A DNA stretch of 64,000 bases from a candidate division WOR-3 bacterium UBA6260 (lineage in GTDB: Bacteria; Hydrothermota; 32-111), in assembly GCA_002441125.1 (NCBI GenBank), contig DJVI01000003.1, positions 153,383 through 217,382 of the forward strand, in the 5' to 3' direction. Positions 37,349 through 45,871 of the stretch are shown here, in pieces; position 1 is the first letter of the stretch; each line of letters starts with the position of its first letter. A program made the translations under genes and the position numbers. Under the pieces are notes generated by a model. The model ran no database searches and had not been told where the DNA came from. It saw only the letters and a program-made list of their open reading frames with translations.

Positions 37349-37672
37349 TTAATCTTGTGTCTTTTCTTTTTCTAAAACCTCAATCCTTTTTTGAATATCC
37401 TCAAGTTGATTTTTTAAAATTTCTGCTTGAGAACGAAGAAGTTCCGCTTCATTTTTTGCTAAGTGTTCCAATGGAACATTTTCATAAGGAAAATAAGAAA
37501 ACAAAGATCTTCCAAATCTAAAGCCAAATCCTCTTCCAAAACCTCTTCTATACCCAAAACCACCCCTGTAAGAATTCATGTAACCTGACTGTGCATATCC
37601 TGCACAATACCCTAAGCCTCTACCTGTCATCGGTCCCAATCCCCAAGGACCCCTTCTGTCTCCTAGTGGCAT
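37349..37672 (-). CDS. DUF5320-family protein
   Basis: MPLGDRRGPWGLGPMTGRGLGYCAG, G/R-rich centre, C-terminal coiled coil; AGGAGG SD. Confidence 0.85.
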   Translation of the reverse strand: MPLGDRRGPWGLGPMTGRGLGYCAGYAQSGYMNSYRGGFGYRRGFGRGFGFRFGRSLFSYFPYENVPLEHLAKNEAELLRSQAEILKNQLEDIQKRIEVLEKEKTQD

Positions 37673-37834
37673 TCTAACCTCCTTTTTATAGTGAATTAAA
37701 ATTTATCTTTCCTTTTGTTTAACATCTTTAAACTTTTCGATTATTAACATCAATCTTTTTTTATATTCTTTTTTTTCAAGGTTTTATTTATTCAACTATC
37801 TATAAAATATTCAATTCTATCGTTTTCAACCTGT

Positions 37835-37872
37835 CATTATTAGTTATATCTAATAATGTTAGTTTTATCTAA
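37835..37872. promoter_or_regulatory. Two tandem TTAG-N6-CTAA palindromic operator-like sites
   Basis: CATTATTAG-TTATAT-CTAATAATG (37835-37858, perfect 9-bp arms) and TTAG-TTTTAT-CTAA (37859-37872). Confidence 0.55.
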
Positions 37873-37899
37873 TTATAACTATCAAACAAATTTTGTCAA
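37872..37899 (-). promoter_or_regulatory. Sigma70 promoter of the DUF5320 operon
   Basis: TTGACA (37899-37894)-N16-TATAAT (37877-37872). Confidence 0.65.
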
Positions 37900-38235
37900 G
37901 TCTAAAAACGACACTTTAAATAAATCATTCAACATCCAATACTTTTTATGTCTTCCTTTTTTAATTTTTTAGAGAGTTGAATATGTTATCTGTTTTTTTA
38001 ATGGTTTTAGGCAAAAATACTTCTATATCTACATTATGTTTTTTTATAGTGTTAATTTAAATAATATTTCGACTTTTGGATACAATTTTTATTTTTTATT
38101 AAAAAATGTTTATAAAATTGGATAAAAGAAAAAAGTTGAAAACACTTTTTTTCGTTTTGAAAAGTATTATAATATTTGTTTATTAATTAAGAGTTTAACC
38201 GTTAGATATCGATTAACAATTTTAAGGAGGTAGAA

Positions 38236-38676
38236 ATGAAATGGGTTACAAGAGCACACGTTCATGTGGACAGGGTTGCATGTCCCTGGCTTATAAAAAG
38301 GTTTATCGATTCTGAGGCAGAGTTTTTATTTGTTGCTCCATCTATGGTAAAGAAAACAGCAGAAGAAACAGGAGCAATCCCTTTTGATGCTGAAGGGATT
38401 GAGTTAGGTCATAAAGATGGAAATTGTAGTTTTGTCACGATCTTAGAAAAATATGGGCTAAAGGATCCAGTACTTCGCAAAATTGCTGATATAGTAAATG
38501 CAGCAGATACTAACAACCTTGATATGAACACTTATGCGGCAGGGCTTGAAGCAATCGCATCTGGATTTTCTATTATTTTTTCTGATGATTACGAAAATTT
38601 AAAAAAACAATTTTTGGTTTACGATGCACTATACGCATTTTTAAAATTACAATTAGCAAAGGAAAACAAAAAATAA
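38236..38676 (+). CDS. Stand-alone ChrB (chromate-resistance, Chrome_Resist) domain protein
   Basis: MKWVTR..HVDRVACPWLIKRFID..AEFLFV, GAIPFD, H..G.CSF..I, IVNAAD. Confidence 0.85.
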   Translation: MKWVTRAHVHVDRVACPWLIKRFIDSEAEFLFVAPSMVKKTAEETGAIPFDAEGIELGHKDGNCSFVTILEKYGLKDPVLRKIADIVNAADTNNLDMNTYAAGLEAIASGFSIIFSDDYENLKKQFLVYDALYAFLKLQLAKENKK

Positions 38677-38678
38677 AG

Positions 38679-39905
38679 ATGGACTCAGCAAAAAGAAACA
38701 TTTTAAAAAGAATAATCGAATTTCTTGGCTTGAACAGAACAATGCTTTCGATGCTTATTATGGTTATATTCTTGGGAGTCGGCGAGAAAATGGCAGAAAG
38801 ATTCCTCCCACTCTATATAGTTTCTCTCGGTGGATCTTCTGCATTTGTTGCATTTTTAAATGGAATGGACAACCTTTTAGGTGCTCTTTACTCTTTCCCG
38901 GGTGGATACATTAGTGACAAGATAGGTTACAAAAAATCTTTAATAGTTTTCATATTGATGGCAATAATCGGTTATCTTTTTGTGATAGTTTTTTCTGGAT
39001 GGCAAGCTGTACTTATAGGTGCAATCTTTTTTATTTCATGGAGTGCGATATCTCTTCCAGCAATAATGAGTCTCGTTTCCAAGTCTGTAAAAAAAGAAAA
39101 ACAAACAATGGGAGTATCCTTACATTCTCTTGTTAGAAGAATACCTATGGGACTCGGACCCATCCTCGGTGGAGCTTTAATAGGAATATATGGAACAATT
39201 ATAGGAGTAAAAATTGCTTTTTTATGTGCTTTTGTTCTTGCTTTGGTATCTATTTTCTTTATTAAAAAATATATGGCCGACGATCCGATCATTAAAGGCA
39301 AAGGAATAAGTATAAAGGAGTCCTTTTCTGGAATAAATCCAAACTTAAGAGTTTTACTGATTTCAGATATTCTTATAAGATTTGCTGAACAAATACCATA
39401 TGCGTTTGTTGTAATATGGGTTGTTAATTGTTTACATCTCAGCGCATTTCAATTTGGTATTCTTACAGCAATTGAAATGGTAACAGCGATGATCGTCTAT
39501 ATCCCCATAGCCTACCTTGCTGACAAATTTGGAAAGAAACCATTTGTGGTTATTACTTTTATATTTTTTACAATATTCCCTTTGATTATTTACTATTCAA
39601 GAACTTTTGGAATGCTTGTTATAGCATTTATTATAAGAGGCTTAAAGGAATTTGGAGAACCAACAAGAAAATCTCTCATCCTCGACCTTGCGCCTATCGA
39701 ATCAAAAGCTTCAACTTTTGGTACTTATTATCTTATCCGTGATGTAACTGTATCCGTAGCAGCTTTCTCTGCAGGTTTTTTGTGGAATATAAGCCCAAAG
39801 GTAAACTTTATGACTGCATTCGCATTTGGCATTACTGGAACATTAATTTTTCTCTTCTTCGGTAAAGAAAAAATAAAAAGAACAGAAGTAAAACATACAA
39901 TTTAA
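38679..39905 (+). CDS. MFS transporter
   Basis: About 12 TM helices; motif A-like GGYISDKIGYKK and YLADKFGKK. Confidence 0.9.
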   Translation: MDSAKRNILKRIIEFLGLNRTMLSMLIMVIFLGVGEKMAERFLPLYIVSLGGSSAFVAFLNGMDNLLGALYSFPGGYISDKIGYKKSLIVFILMAIIGYLFVIVFSGWQAVLIGAIFFISWSAISLPAIMSLVSKSVKKEKQTMGVSLHSLVRRIPMGLGPILGGALIGIYGTIIGVKIAFLCAFVLALVSIFFIKKYMADDPIIKGKGISIKESFSGINPNLRVLLISDILIRFAEQIPYAFVVIWVVNCLHLSAFQFGILTAIEMVTAMIVYIPIAYLADKFGKKPFVVITFIFFTIFPLIIYYSRTFGMLVIAFIIRGLKEFGEPTRKSLILDLAPIESKASTFGTYYLIRDVTVSVAAFSAGFLWNISPKVNFMTAFAFGITGTLIFLFFGKEKIKRTEVKHTI

Positions 39906-40017
39906 ATGTTGAATTTCTTCTATTATGTTAAAGAAATGGGAAAATCCGTGATGGAAGATAATTTATGGAGTTTTTTAAATTGTTGAAAAATTTGATAAGT
40001 CGAATAGAGTTTTCAAA

Positions 40018-42069
40018 CTATTTTATGTACTGCAACTTGTAGAGTTCCCAGTAGTAGTTTTTCTTGGCTATAAGTTCTTTGTGATTGCCTTCTTCAACAA
40101 TCCTTCCCTTATTCAAAACATATATTTTATCAGCATCCTGTATGGTTGATAACCTGTGTGCAATTGCGATCGTTGTTCTATCCTTCATTATCTTTGAGAT
40201 AGCATCCTGTATAAGATGCTCAGTTTCAGAATCTATATTCGAGGTTGCCTCATCAAGTATAAGAATTTTTGGTTCACCAACAAGAGCCCTTGCAAAAGCT
40301 ATCAACTGTCTCTGTCCGGTTGAAAGGTTTGTTCCCCTTTCGTTAAGTAAAGTATCATACCTTTCAGGTAACTTTTCTATAAATTTGTCAGCGTTAACAT
40401 ATTTTGAATATTTTTCCATCCTTTCAAAAGGTATATCTCTTGAAAGTAGTATGTTGTATTTGATATCTCCTGAAAATATTACTACATCCTGTAAAACCAA
40501 ACCAAAGAAATCCCTAAGTTCTTTTAAAGGTAACTCTTTTATATTTACACCATCTATCAAGATCTCCCCTTCGTTTGGTTCAAAGAATCTTAAAAGCAGA
40601 TTTATTATTGTTGTTTTACCAGCACCCGTAGCACCAACAAAAGCGGCAGATGTGTTTGGTTCTATCTTGAAAGTAACATTCTTTAGAACCGGCTCACCCT
40701 TCTTGTATTCGAATGAAACATTTCTGAATTCAACTTCACCTTTAAACTCTTTCAAAGTTTTTGGCTCTTTACTCTCAACTATCGAAGATCTTTCATCAAG
40801 TAGTATGAATATCTTTTCTGATGCCGCCATAGCACCCTGATAGATGTTATACTTTTCAGAGAAATCGAATATAGGTCTGAAGAAAAGTTCTATATATGAG
40901 AAAAAAGCAAAAAGTATCCCTAAAGTGAATTCTCCTTTAAAAATACCCTGACTACCAAAATATATTAAAACAGCTAATGTTAGTGATGATATCACATCTA
41001 TCAATGGTCTGAAAATTGAGAAAATAAAAAGCTGGTTCATATTAGCATCATAAAACTCTTTTCCAATTCTGTTAAAATCGTCGAAAGATTCCTTTTCTTT
41101 GTGGAAAGATTGTATCAAAGAAACTCCACTGATAGATTCAGAAATGAAAGCGTTCAATTTTGCAACAGCTACCCTAACTTTTCTGTATGAGATTCTTGCA
41201 AAATTTTGGAAGAAGATCAAAATTAAAATCACGAATGGTAAGGTTAGAAGAATTATAAGGCTTAGTTTTAAAGACATTCTAACCATCATCACTATTATAC
41301 CAATTATAGTTAAAATATCTTTCGCAGAATAAACGAAAACATCAGTGAAGAGTTCTCTTAATGCTGCAACATCGTTTGTTGCTCTTGTAACGAGTTTTCC
41401 TATAGGATTCCTGTTGAAAAAATCCATCGAGAGGTTAAGCATGTGTTTCAAAATATCCTCTCTCATATCGAACATTATTTTTTCGGAAACAACTGAAAGT
41501 ATAAGAACTTGAACATAGTTGAAAATGAATAGTAGAAGAAGGATTAAGACATAAAGTAATGCGAACTTCCTAACATTGAAAATATCCTGCTTTCTAACTT
41601 CATAGAGGGTCTTTCTATCAAGTTTTAAAAGTTCATTTTCTGGAATAAAGATATTTTTTTCACTTTCAAAATATTCTATATTTTTATTTTTGACTTCATT
41701 TAAAAATTGTTTCTCAATTGGGAAATATTTCAGGTCATCTATCAAAGAATCTTTTTCAAGTTGGATAAGATCAGCTTTAGTTAATATTTTTGATGGGATC
41801 AGGAAAAATGAATCTATCTTTTGGGTATAGGAAGAATTTTTAATGAAAATATTTTCAGTTTTATCATTAAAAATTATTTTAGAATAATTTTTTCTTATAT
41901 ACCCATCTATAGCCCTTCTTGATATTTGTGGTAAAACAACCTGCAAACCACTTATAAAGAGAAGTAATATAAAGGTAAAAATTATCTGCCAAAAATATTT
42001 TTTAGAATAATCCCATATTCCTTGTAAAATTCTTTTATCTGACAGTTTATAACTTCTTTCCTCTTCCAT
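40018..42069 (-). CDS. Type IV ABC exporter subunit (TMD+NBD) with enlarged first external loop
   Basis: GATGAGKTT, LSTGQRQ, LILDEATS, IAHRLST. Confidence 0.92.
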   Translation of the reverse strand: MEEERSYKLSDKRILQGIWDYSKKYFWQIIFTFILLLFISGLQVVLPQISRRAIDGYIRKNYSKIIFNDKTENIFIKNSSYTQKIDSFFLIPSKILTKADLIQLEKDSLIDDLKYFPIEKQFLNEVKNKNIEYFESEKNIFIPENELLKLDRKTLYEVRKQDIFNVRKFALLYVLILLLLFIFNYVQVLILSVVSEKIMFDMREDILKHMLNLSMDFFNRNPIGKLVTRATNDVAALRELFTDVFVYSAKDILTIIGIIVMMVRMSLKLSLIILLTLPFVILILIFFQNFARISYRKVRVAVAKLNAFISESISGVSLIQSFHKEKESFDDFNRIGKEFYDANMNQLFIFSIFRPLIDVISSLTLAVLIYFGSQGIFKGEFTLGILFAFFSYIELFFRPIFDFSEKYNIYQGAMAASEKIFILLDERSSIVESKEPKTLKEFKGEVEFRNVSFEYKKGEPVLKNVTFKIEPNTSAAFVGATGAGKTTIINLLLRFFEPNEGEILIDGVNIKELPLKELRDFFGLVLQDVVIFSGDIKYNILLSRDIPFERMEKYSKYVNADKFIEKLPERYDTLLNERGTNLSTGQRQLIAFARALVGEPKILILDEATSNIDSETEHLIQDAISKIMKDRTTIAIAHRLSTIQDADKIYVLNKGRIVEEGNHKELIAKKNYYWELYKLQYIK

Positions 42070-42070
42070 A

Positions 42071-43792
42071 CTACTCTTCCAATTTTTGAATTCTGTAAAA
42101 TTCCCTGTAAACAGGTGATTTCAATATCAACTCTTCGTGTTTTCCAGAGCTTTCAATCTTTCCGTCTTTTAGAACATATATATTATCAGCATTTATGAAT
42201 GAAGAGATCCTATGTGAAATAACTATTGTTGTTATATTTTTTGAATAGTTGTAAAGGTTTTTCAGGATCTCTTTTTCAGTATTAGTGTCAACAGCACTCA
42301 AGGCATCATCGAGAATCAGGATTTTTGGTTTTCTTACCAGAGCTCTCGCTATACATAATCTCTGTTTTTGACCACCGGAAAGTGTTACACCTCTTTCTCC
42401 AACAAGAGTGTTGAGCCCATCTTTAAAATCTTTTAGATCCTTATCGAATGATGATATTCTTATAACTTCATCTATAAATTTATCATCAGCATCTTTATTA
42501 GCAAACCTAATGTTATCCCTTATGGTCATAGAAAAGAGAAAAGAATCCTGTGGGACATATCCAATAGTGTCCCTTATACCTTCTATCATAATATCGTTAG
42601 CATCTATACCGTCAAAAAGAATTTTCCCTTCCCTCTCGATAAGTATCCTTAGTATAAGTTTTATCAATGTTGTTTTTCCTGTTCCTATCCTTCCTATGAT
42701 TCCAACATATTCTCCTTTGTTTATCTTTAAGGAGACCTTATCGAGAATGTAGTTACCTTTATCATAGTAGAACGAAACATCTTTAAACTCTATATCACCT
42801 TCAGGTAGAATGTATTTCGCATCTTTCTTATTTTTAATCTTCGGTTCCTCTTTCAAGAATTCATAAACTCTTTTAAAAGAAGCATTTCCTCTCTGGAATA
42901 TGTTTGATGCGAAACCAACAGCCATCATAGGCCAAGTTATGATGCCAAGGTAAACAAAAAATGCAATGAATTGTCCTGTCGATATTTCTCCCAAAATCGT
43001 CTGCTGTCCTCCGAAAAATAAAACTATCGCTGCTCCCAAATCTGAAAAGAAGAAAATCAATGGGAACATTATTCCCCAAATCTTTATTAGAATAATATTC
43101 TTATCAACATAATCTTTACTGATTATATTAAACCTTTGGATTTCCTTTTCCTGCTGGTTGAACGATTGGACTATCTTTATTCCAGATATCAACTCTTGAA
43201 CTTTATCTGTCATATTTGAAAAAGATTCCTGAACTTTTTTGAAATATTTAAAATTCAACTTCATAGAAATAAGTGTTATTATAGATACAAAAGGTAAAGG
43301 GAGGAGTGCCAAAAGAGTTAGTTTAACATTCATCCTCAACATGAAAATTAGAGTTGCAAGGAAAAGAAAAACAGAATCGAACGCTGAAATTATACCAAAA
43401 GCTGTTGACATTCTAATAGCCTGCATATCGTTGGTCATATGTGCCATAAGATCACCTGTTTTAACCCTGTTGAAGAATGAAACATCAAGTTTCAAAAGGT
43501 GATCATATAACTTATTTTTAAAATCGTATTCTATAAAATGTGACATCCCGAGTATTATCATTCTCCAAGAGAATCTCAAAATACCTATACTTAAAGCGAG
43601 TAGACCTATTATAATTGTTAGAAAAACTATTTTATCAAAATAATCTTTTCCAAGAACTATGTAATCTATAGATTTCTGGGCAACACGGGGAATTATAAGC
43701 TGTACGATATCAACCAAAATAAGCATCAAAAAACCAAATATTATTCTGAGAGGTGTTTTTTTATAATAAGAAAGAATAAATTTTATAAGCAT
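42071..43792 (-). CDS. Type IV ABC exporter subunit (TMD+NBD), degenerate-site partner
   Basis: GRIGTGKTT, LSGGQKQR, LILDDALS (catalytic Glu replaced by Asp), ISHRIS. Confidence 0.92.
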   Translation of the reverse strand: MLIKFILSYYKKTPLRIIFGFLMLILVDIVQLIIPRVAQKSIDYIVLGKDYFDKIVFLTIIIGLLALSIGILRFSWRMIILGMSHFIEYDFKNKLYDHLLKLDVSFFNRVKTGDLMAHMTNDMQAIRMSTAFGIISAFDSVFLFLATLIFMLRMNVKLTLLALLPLPFVSIITLISMKLNFKYFKKVQESFSNMTDKVQELISGIKIVQSFNQQEKEIQRFNIISKDYVDKNIILIKIWGIMFPLIFFFSDLGAAIVLFFGGQQTILGEISTGQFIAFFVYLGIITWPMMAVGFASNIFQRGNASFKRVYEFLKEEPKIKNKKDAKYILPEGDIEFKDVSFYYDKGNYILDKVSLKINKGEYVGIIGRIGTGKTTLIKLILRILIEREGKILFDGIDANDIMIEGIRDTIGYVPQDSFLFSMTIRDNIRFANKDADDKFIDEVIRISSFDKDLKDFKDGLNTLVGERGVTLSGGQKQRLCIARALVRKPKILILDDALSAVDTNTEKEILKNLYNYSKNITTIVISHRISSFINADNIYVLKDGKIESSGKHEELILKSPVYREFYRIQKLEE

Positions 43793-43818
43793 AGAAAAAT
43801 ATTAATCCAAAAAAATAT

Positions 43819-44841
43819 TTAGTCAACATTGGATGCTGACATTTCCCAATCCTTAATTTTTAAAAATGAGAACAATCCAAGAAAAGCTGGTATATATGTT
43901 GATATTAATCTGAAAAGAAATATATATATAAGAATATTCTCTTTTCCAACTATCTGAGAGAAAAATAAAGCTGTACCTCCCTCAGCAACTCCACTCGATC
44001 CGGGAGTTGGAACGAAAGCTGAAAGGTATGTTAATAAAAATTGCAGGGAAAATGCTTTCATAAAATCAACATCAGAGTTGAAAAGTTTTATAACAAAATA
44101 AGAGAGGGCAAAATAGGAGTAAAGTGATATGAAAGTTGAAATCAAAGAAATAATGTTTTCTTTTATACCATCTGTGAAAATTGTTTTAATTCCACCTGTA
44201 AAGTTAGAAAAGAAATTTACAATTTTTATCAAAATTTTTTTTAAAAGGTTATCTGACAATTTTTTTTCTAATATAATTTTCAATTTGTTATTAAAAATAA
44301 CAATAAAAATTAAAATTGTAAAAGCGAAAGAATAAATTATCATAAAATATTTTTTTAGGTTTCCAACATAAGATGTAGAAAGAACATTTTGAAGGTATAT
44401 AAGCATAAAGGGAATAGTTAAAATAAAAACTATAACTGACTGAAAGCCTCTCATAAGAAGAACAGATGTTGCGTTACCGAGATTAATCTTCTTTTTTGAA
44501 AGAAGAAAGAGTTGGAATGGCATACCACCAGATTGAAAAGGAGTTATAAGAGCGAGAAGAACTCCTCCAAGAGTAAAAATATAACTATCTGAAAAATTGA
44601 ATTCCCTGTTAAAAATTTTCCCAAGAAAATAAACCCTTAAAATGTTGAAAAAGTTTGATAAAAAAAATAGTAAAATGATTGCAAAAAGGTTCAAAAATTC
44701 AAAATGAATTTTTATATTTTTTGGTGTATCTTTTACATAGAAAAAAAAGATTATTATGTAAGCTGAAAGGGTAAAGATAAAAAAAAGTAAAAGTCCTTTT
44801 TTTATTTTACTTTTCAACCTTATTTTCTCCCGGGGATTCAT
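43819..44841 (-). CDS. Lysylphosphatidylglycerol-synthase TM/flippase-like (UPF0104) membrane protein
   Basis: ITPFQSGGMPFQ, FVPTPGSSGVAEGG, FRLISTY. Confidence 0.82.
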   Translation of the reverse strand: MNPREKIRLKSKIKKGLLLFFIFTLSAYIIIFFFYVKDTPKNIKIHFEFLNLFAIILLFFLSNFFNILRVYFLGKIFNREFNFSDSYIFTLGGVLLALITPFQSGGMPFQLFLLSKKKINLGNATSVLLMRGFQSVIVFILTIPFMLIYLQNVLSTSYVGNLKKYFMIIYSFAFTILIFIVIFNNKLKIILEKKLSDNLLKKILIKIVNFFSNFTGGIKTIFTDGIKENIISLISTFISLYSYFALSYFVIKLFNSDVDFMKAFSLQFLLTYLSAFVPTPGSSGVAEGGTALFFSQIVGKENILIYIFLFRLISTYIPAFLGLFSFLKIKDWEMSASNVD

Positions 44842-45871
44842 CTATGATCTGCTCAATACTCTTTCCAGTTTTCTGAACTATCTTCAAAGTCAATATCCCT
44901 CCTATAAAGGCACCGATGGTGAAAGTGAAAAATCTCCAAATTATAGCATAAATTCCAAGAATTTCCTTTGGACATATATCTTTAAAAAGGATTGCAAAAA
45001 CTGTTTCAGCTATACCACTGGCTCCAGGTGTTGGCATAAAATATACCAAAAAATTATGTAAAAACTGCAGGTTTGCAACTGCAAGGGGATGTGTAACTTT
45101 AACGCCGAGCCCGAAAAGTATTAAAACTGCTATCGATAAGAAAATTGTATATGAAAAAAAAGTTAAAAAAAGTAAAATAAACAGAAGAGTTTTTCTTTTT
45201 TTAAAATAATATTTTAAACCATCCTTGAAATAGTTGATCTCTCTTTTTACAAAATCTGAAAATCTTTTGATTGGACTTTTTCCACTTTTATTTTTAGAAA
45301 AAAATCTGTTATCCAGATTTTCAAGAAACTTTAAAAATTTTTCGGGAAGAAAATATATTATAGTAGAAACTATCAATAAAAGAGGATAAAAAATGATAAT
45401 GTATTTTATGATCCATTCAACAACATTATTTTTTAGAAGATATGAGTATGTTAAAAAAATGAAAGGAAGAGCAACTATATGGAAAATAACTGCAAGAATT
45501 CCCCTCATGAACAAAATGAGTGTCCCCTCTCCATAAGGAATTCCATTCTTTTTTAAATAGTATACCTGAACAGGGTAACCTCCAGTTTGAAAAGGCGTTA
45601 TAGCTGCAAGAAAAATACCAGAAACAACAACTTCAACACCTGTAAAAACTGAGATGTTATACCCAAGTCCCTTTGCAAGATATTTTACCCTAACACCATC
45701 AAGATAATAATAAAAAAGTAGTGCAATCAGTGTTAAAAGAAAATAAATTGGTTTTATACTTTTCAAGTGTTCCCATGTATCTTTTGATACAGTCAATATA
45801 AGGATCAATGTGCTTGCAATTACAGTTATTAAAATGAATATCTTTATTCCCTGTTTTATGTTGATCTTCAT
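44807..45871 (-). CDS. Lysylphosphatidylglycerol-synthase TM/flippase-like (UPF0104) membrane protein, paralogue
   Basis: ITPFQTGGYPVQ, FMPTPGASGIAE, IWRFFTF. Confidence 0.82.
   Translation of the reverse strand: MKINIKQGIKIFILITVIASTLILILTVSKDTWEHLKSIKPIYFLLTLIALLFYYYLDGVRVKYLAKGLGYNISVFTGVEVVVSGIFLAAITPFQTGGYPVQVYYLKKNGIPYGEGTLILFMRGILAVIFHIVALPFIFLTYSYLLKNNVVEWIIKYIIIFYPLLLIVSTIIYFLPEKFLKFLENLDNRFFSKNKSGKSPIKRFSDFVKREINYFKDGLKYYFKKRKTLLFILLFLTFFSYTIFLSIAVLILFGLGVKVTHPLAVANLQFLHNFLVYFMPTPGASGIAETVFAILFKDICPKEILGIYAIIWRFFTFTIGAFIGGILTLKIVQKTGKSIEQIIDESPGENKVEK

Noticed and set aside
37930-38235. Fluoride or other riboswitch upstream of ChrB-MFS
   Set aside because: No GGNGATGG...TGATG core or other recognisable aptamer; the region is nearly all A/T.
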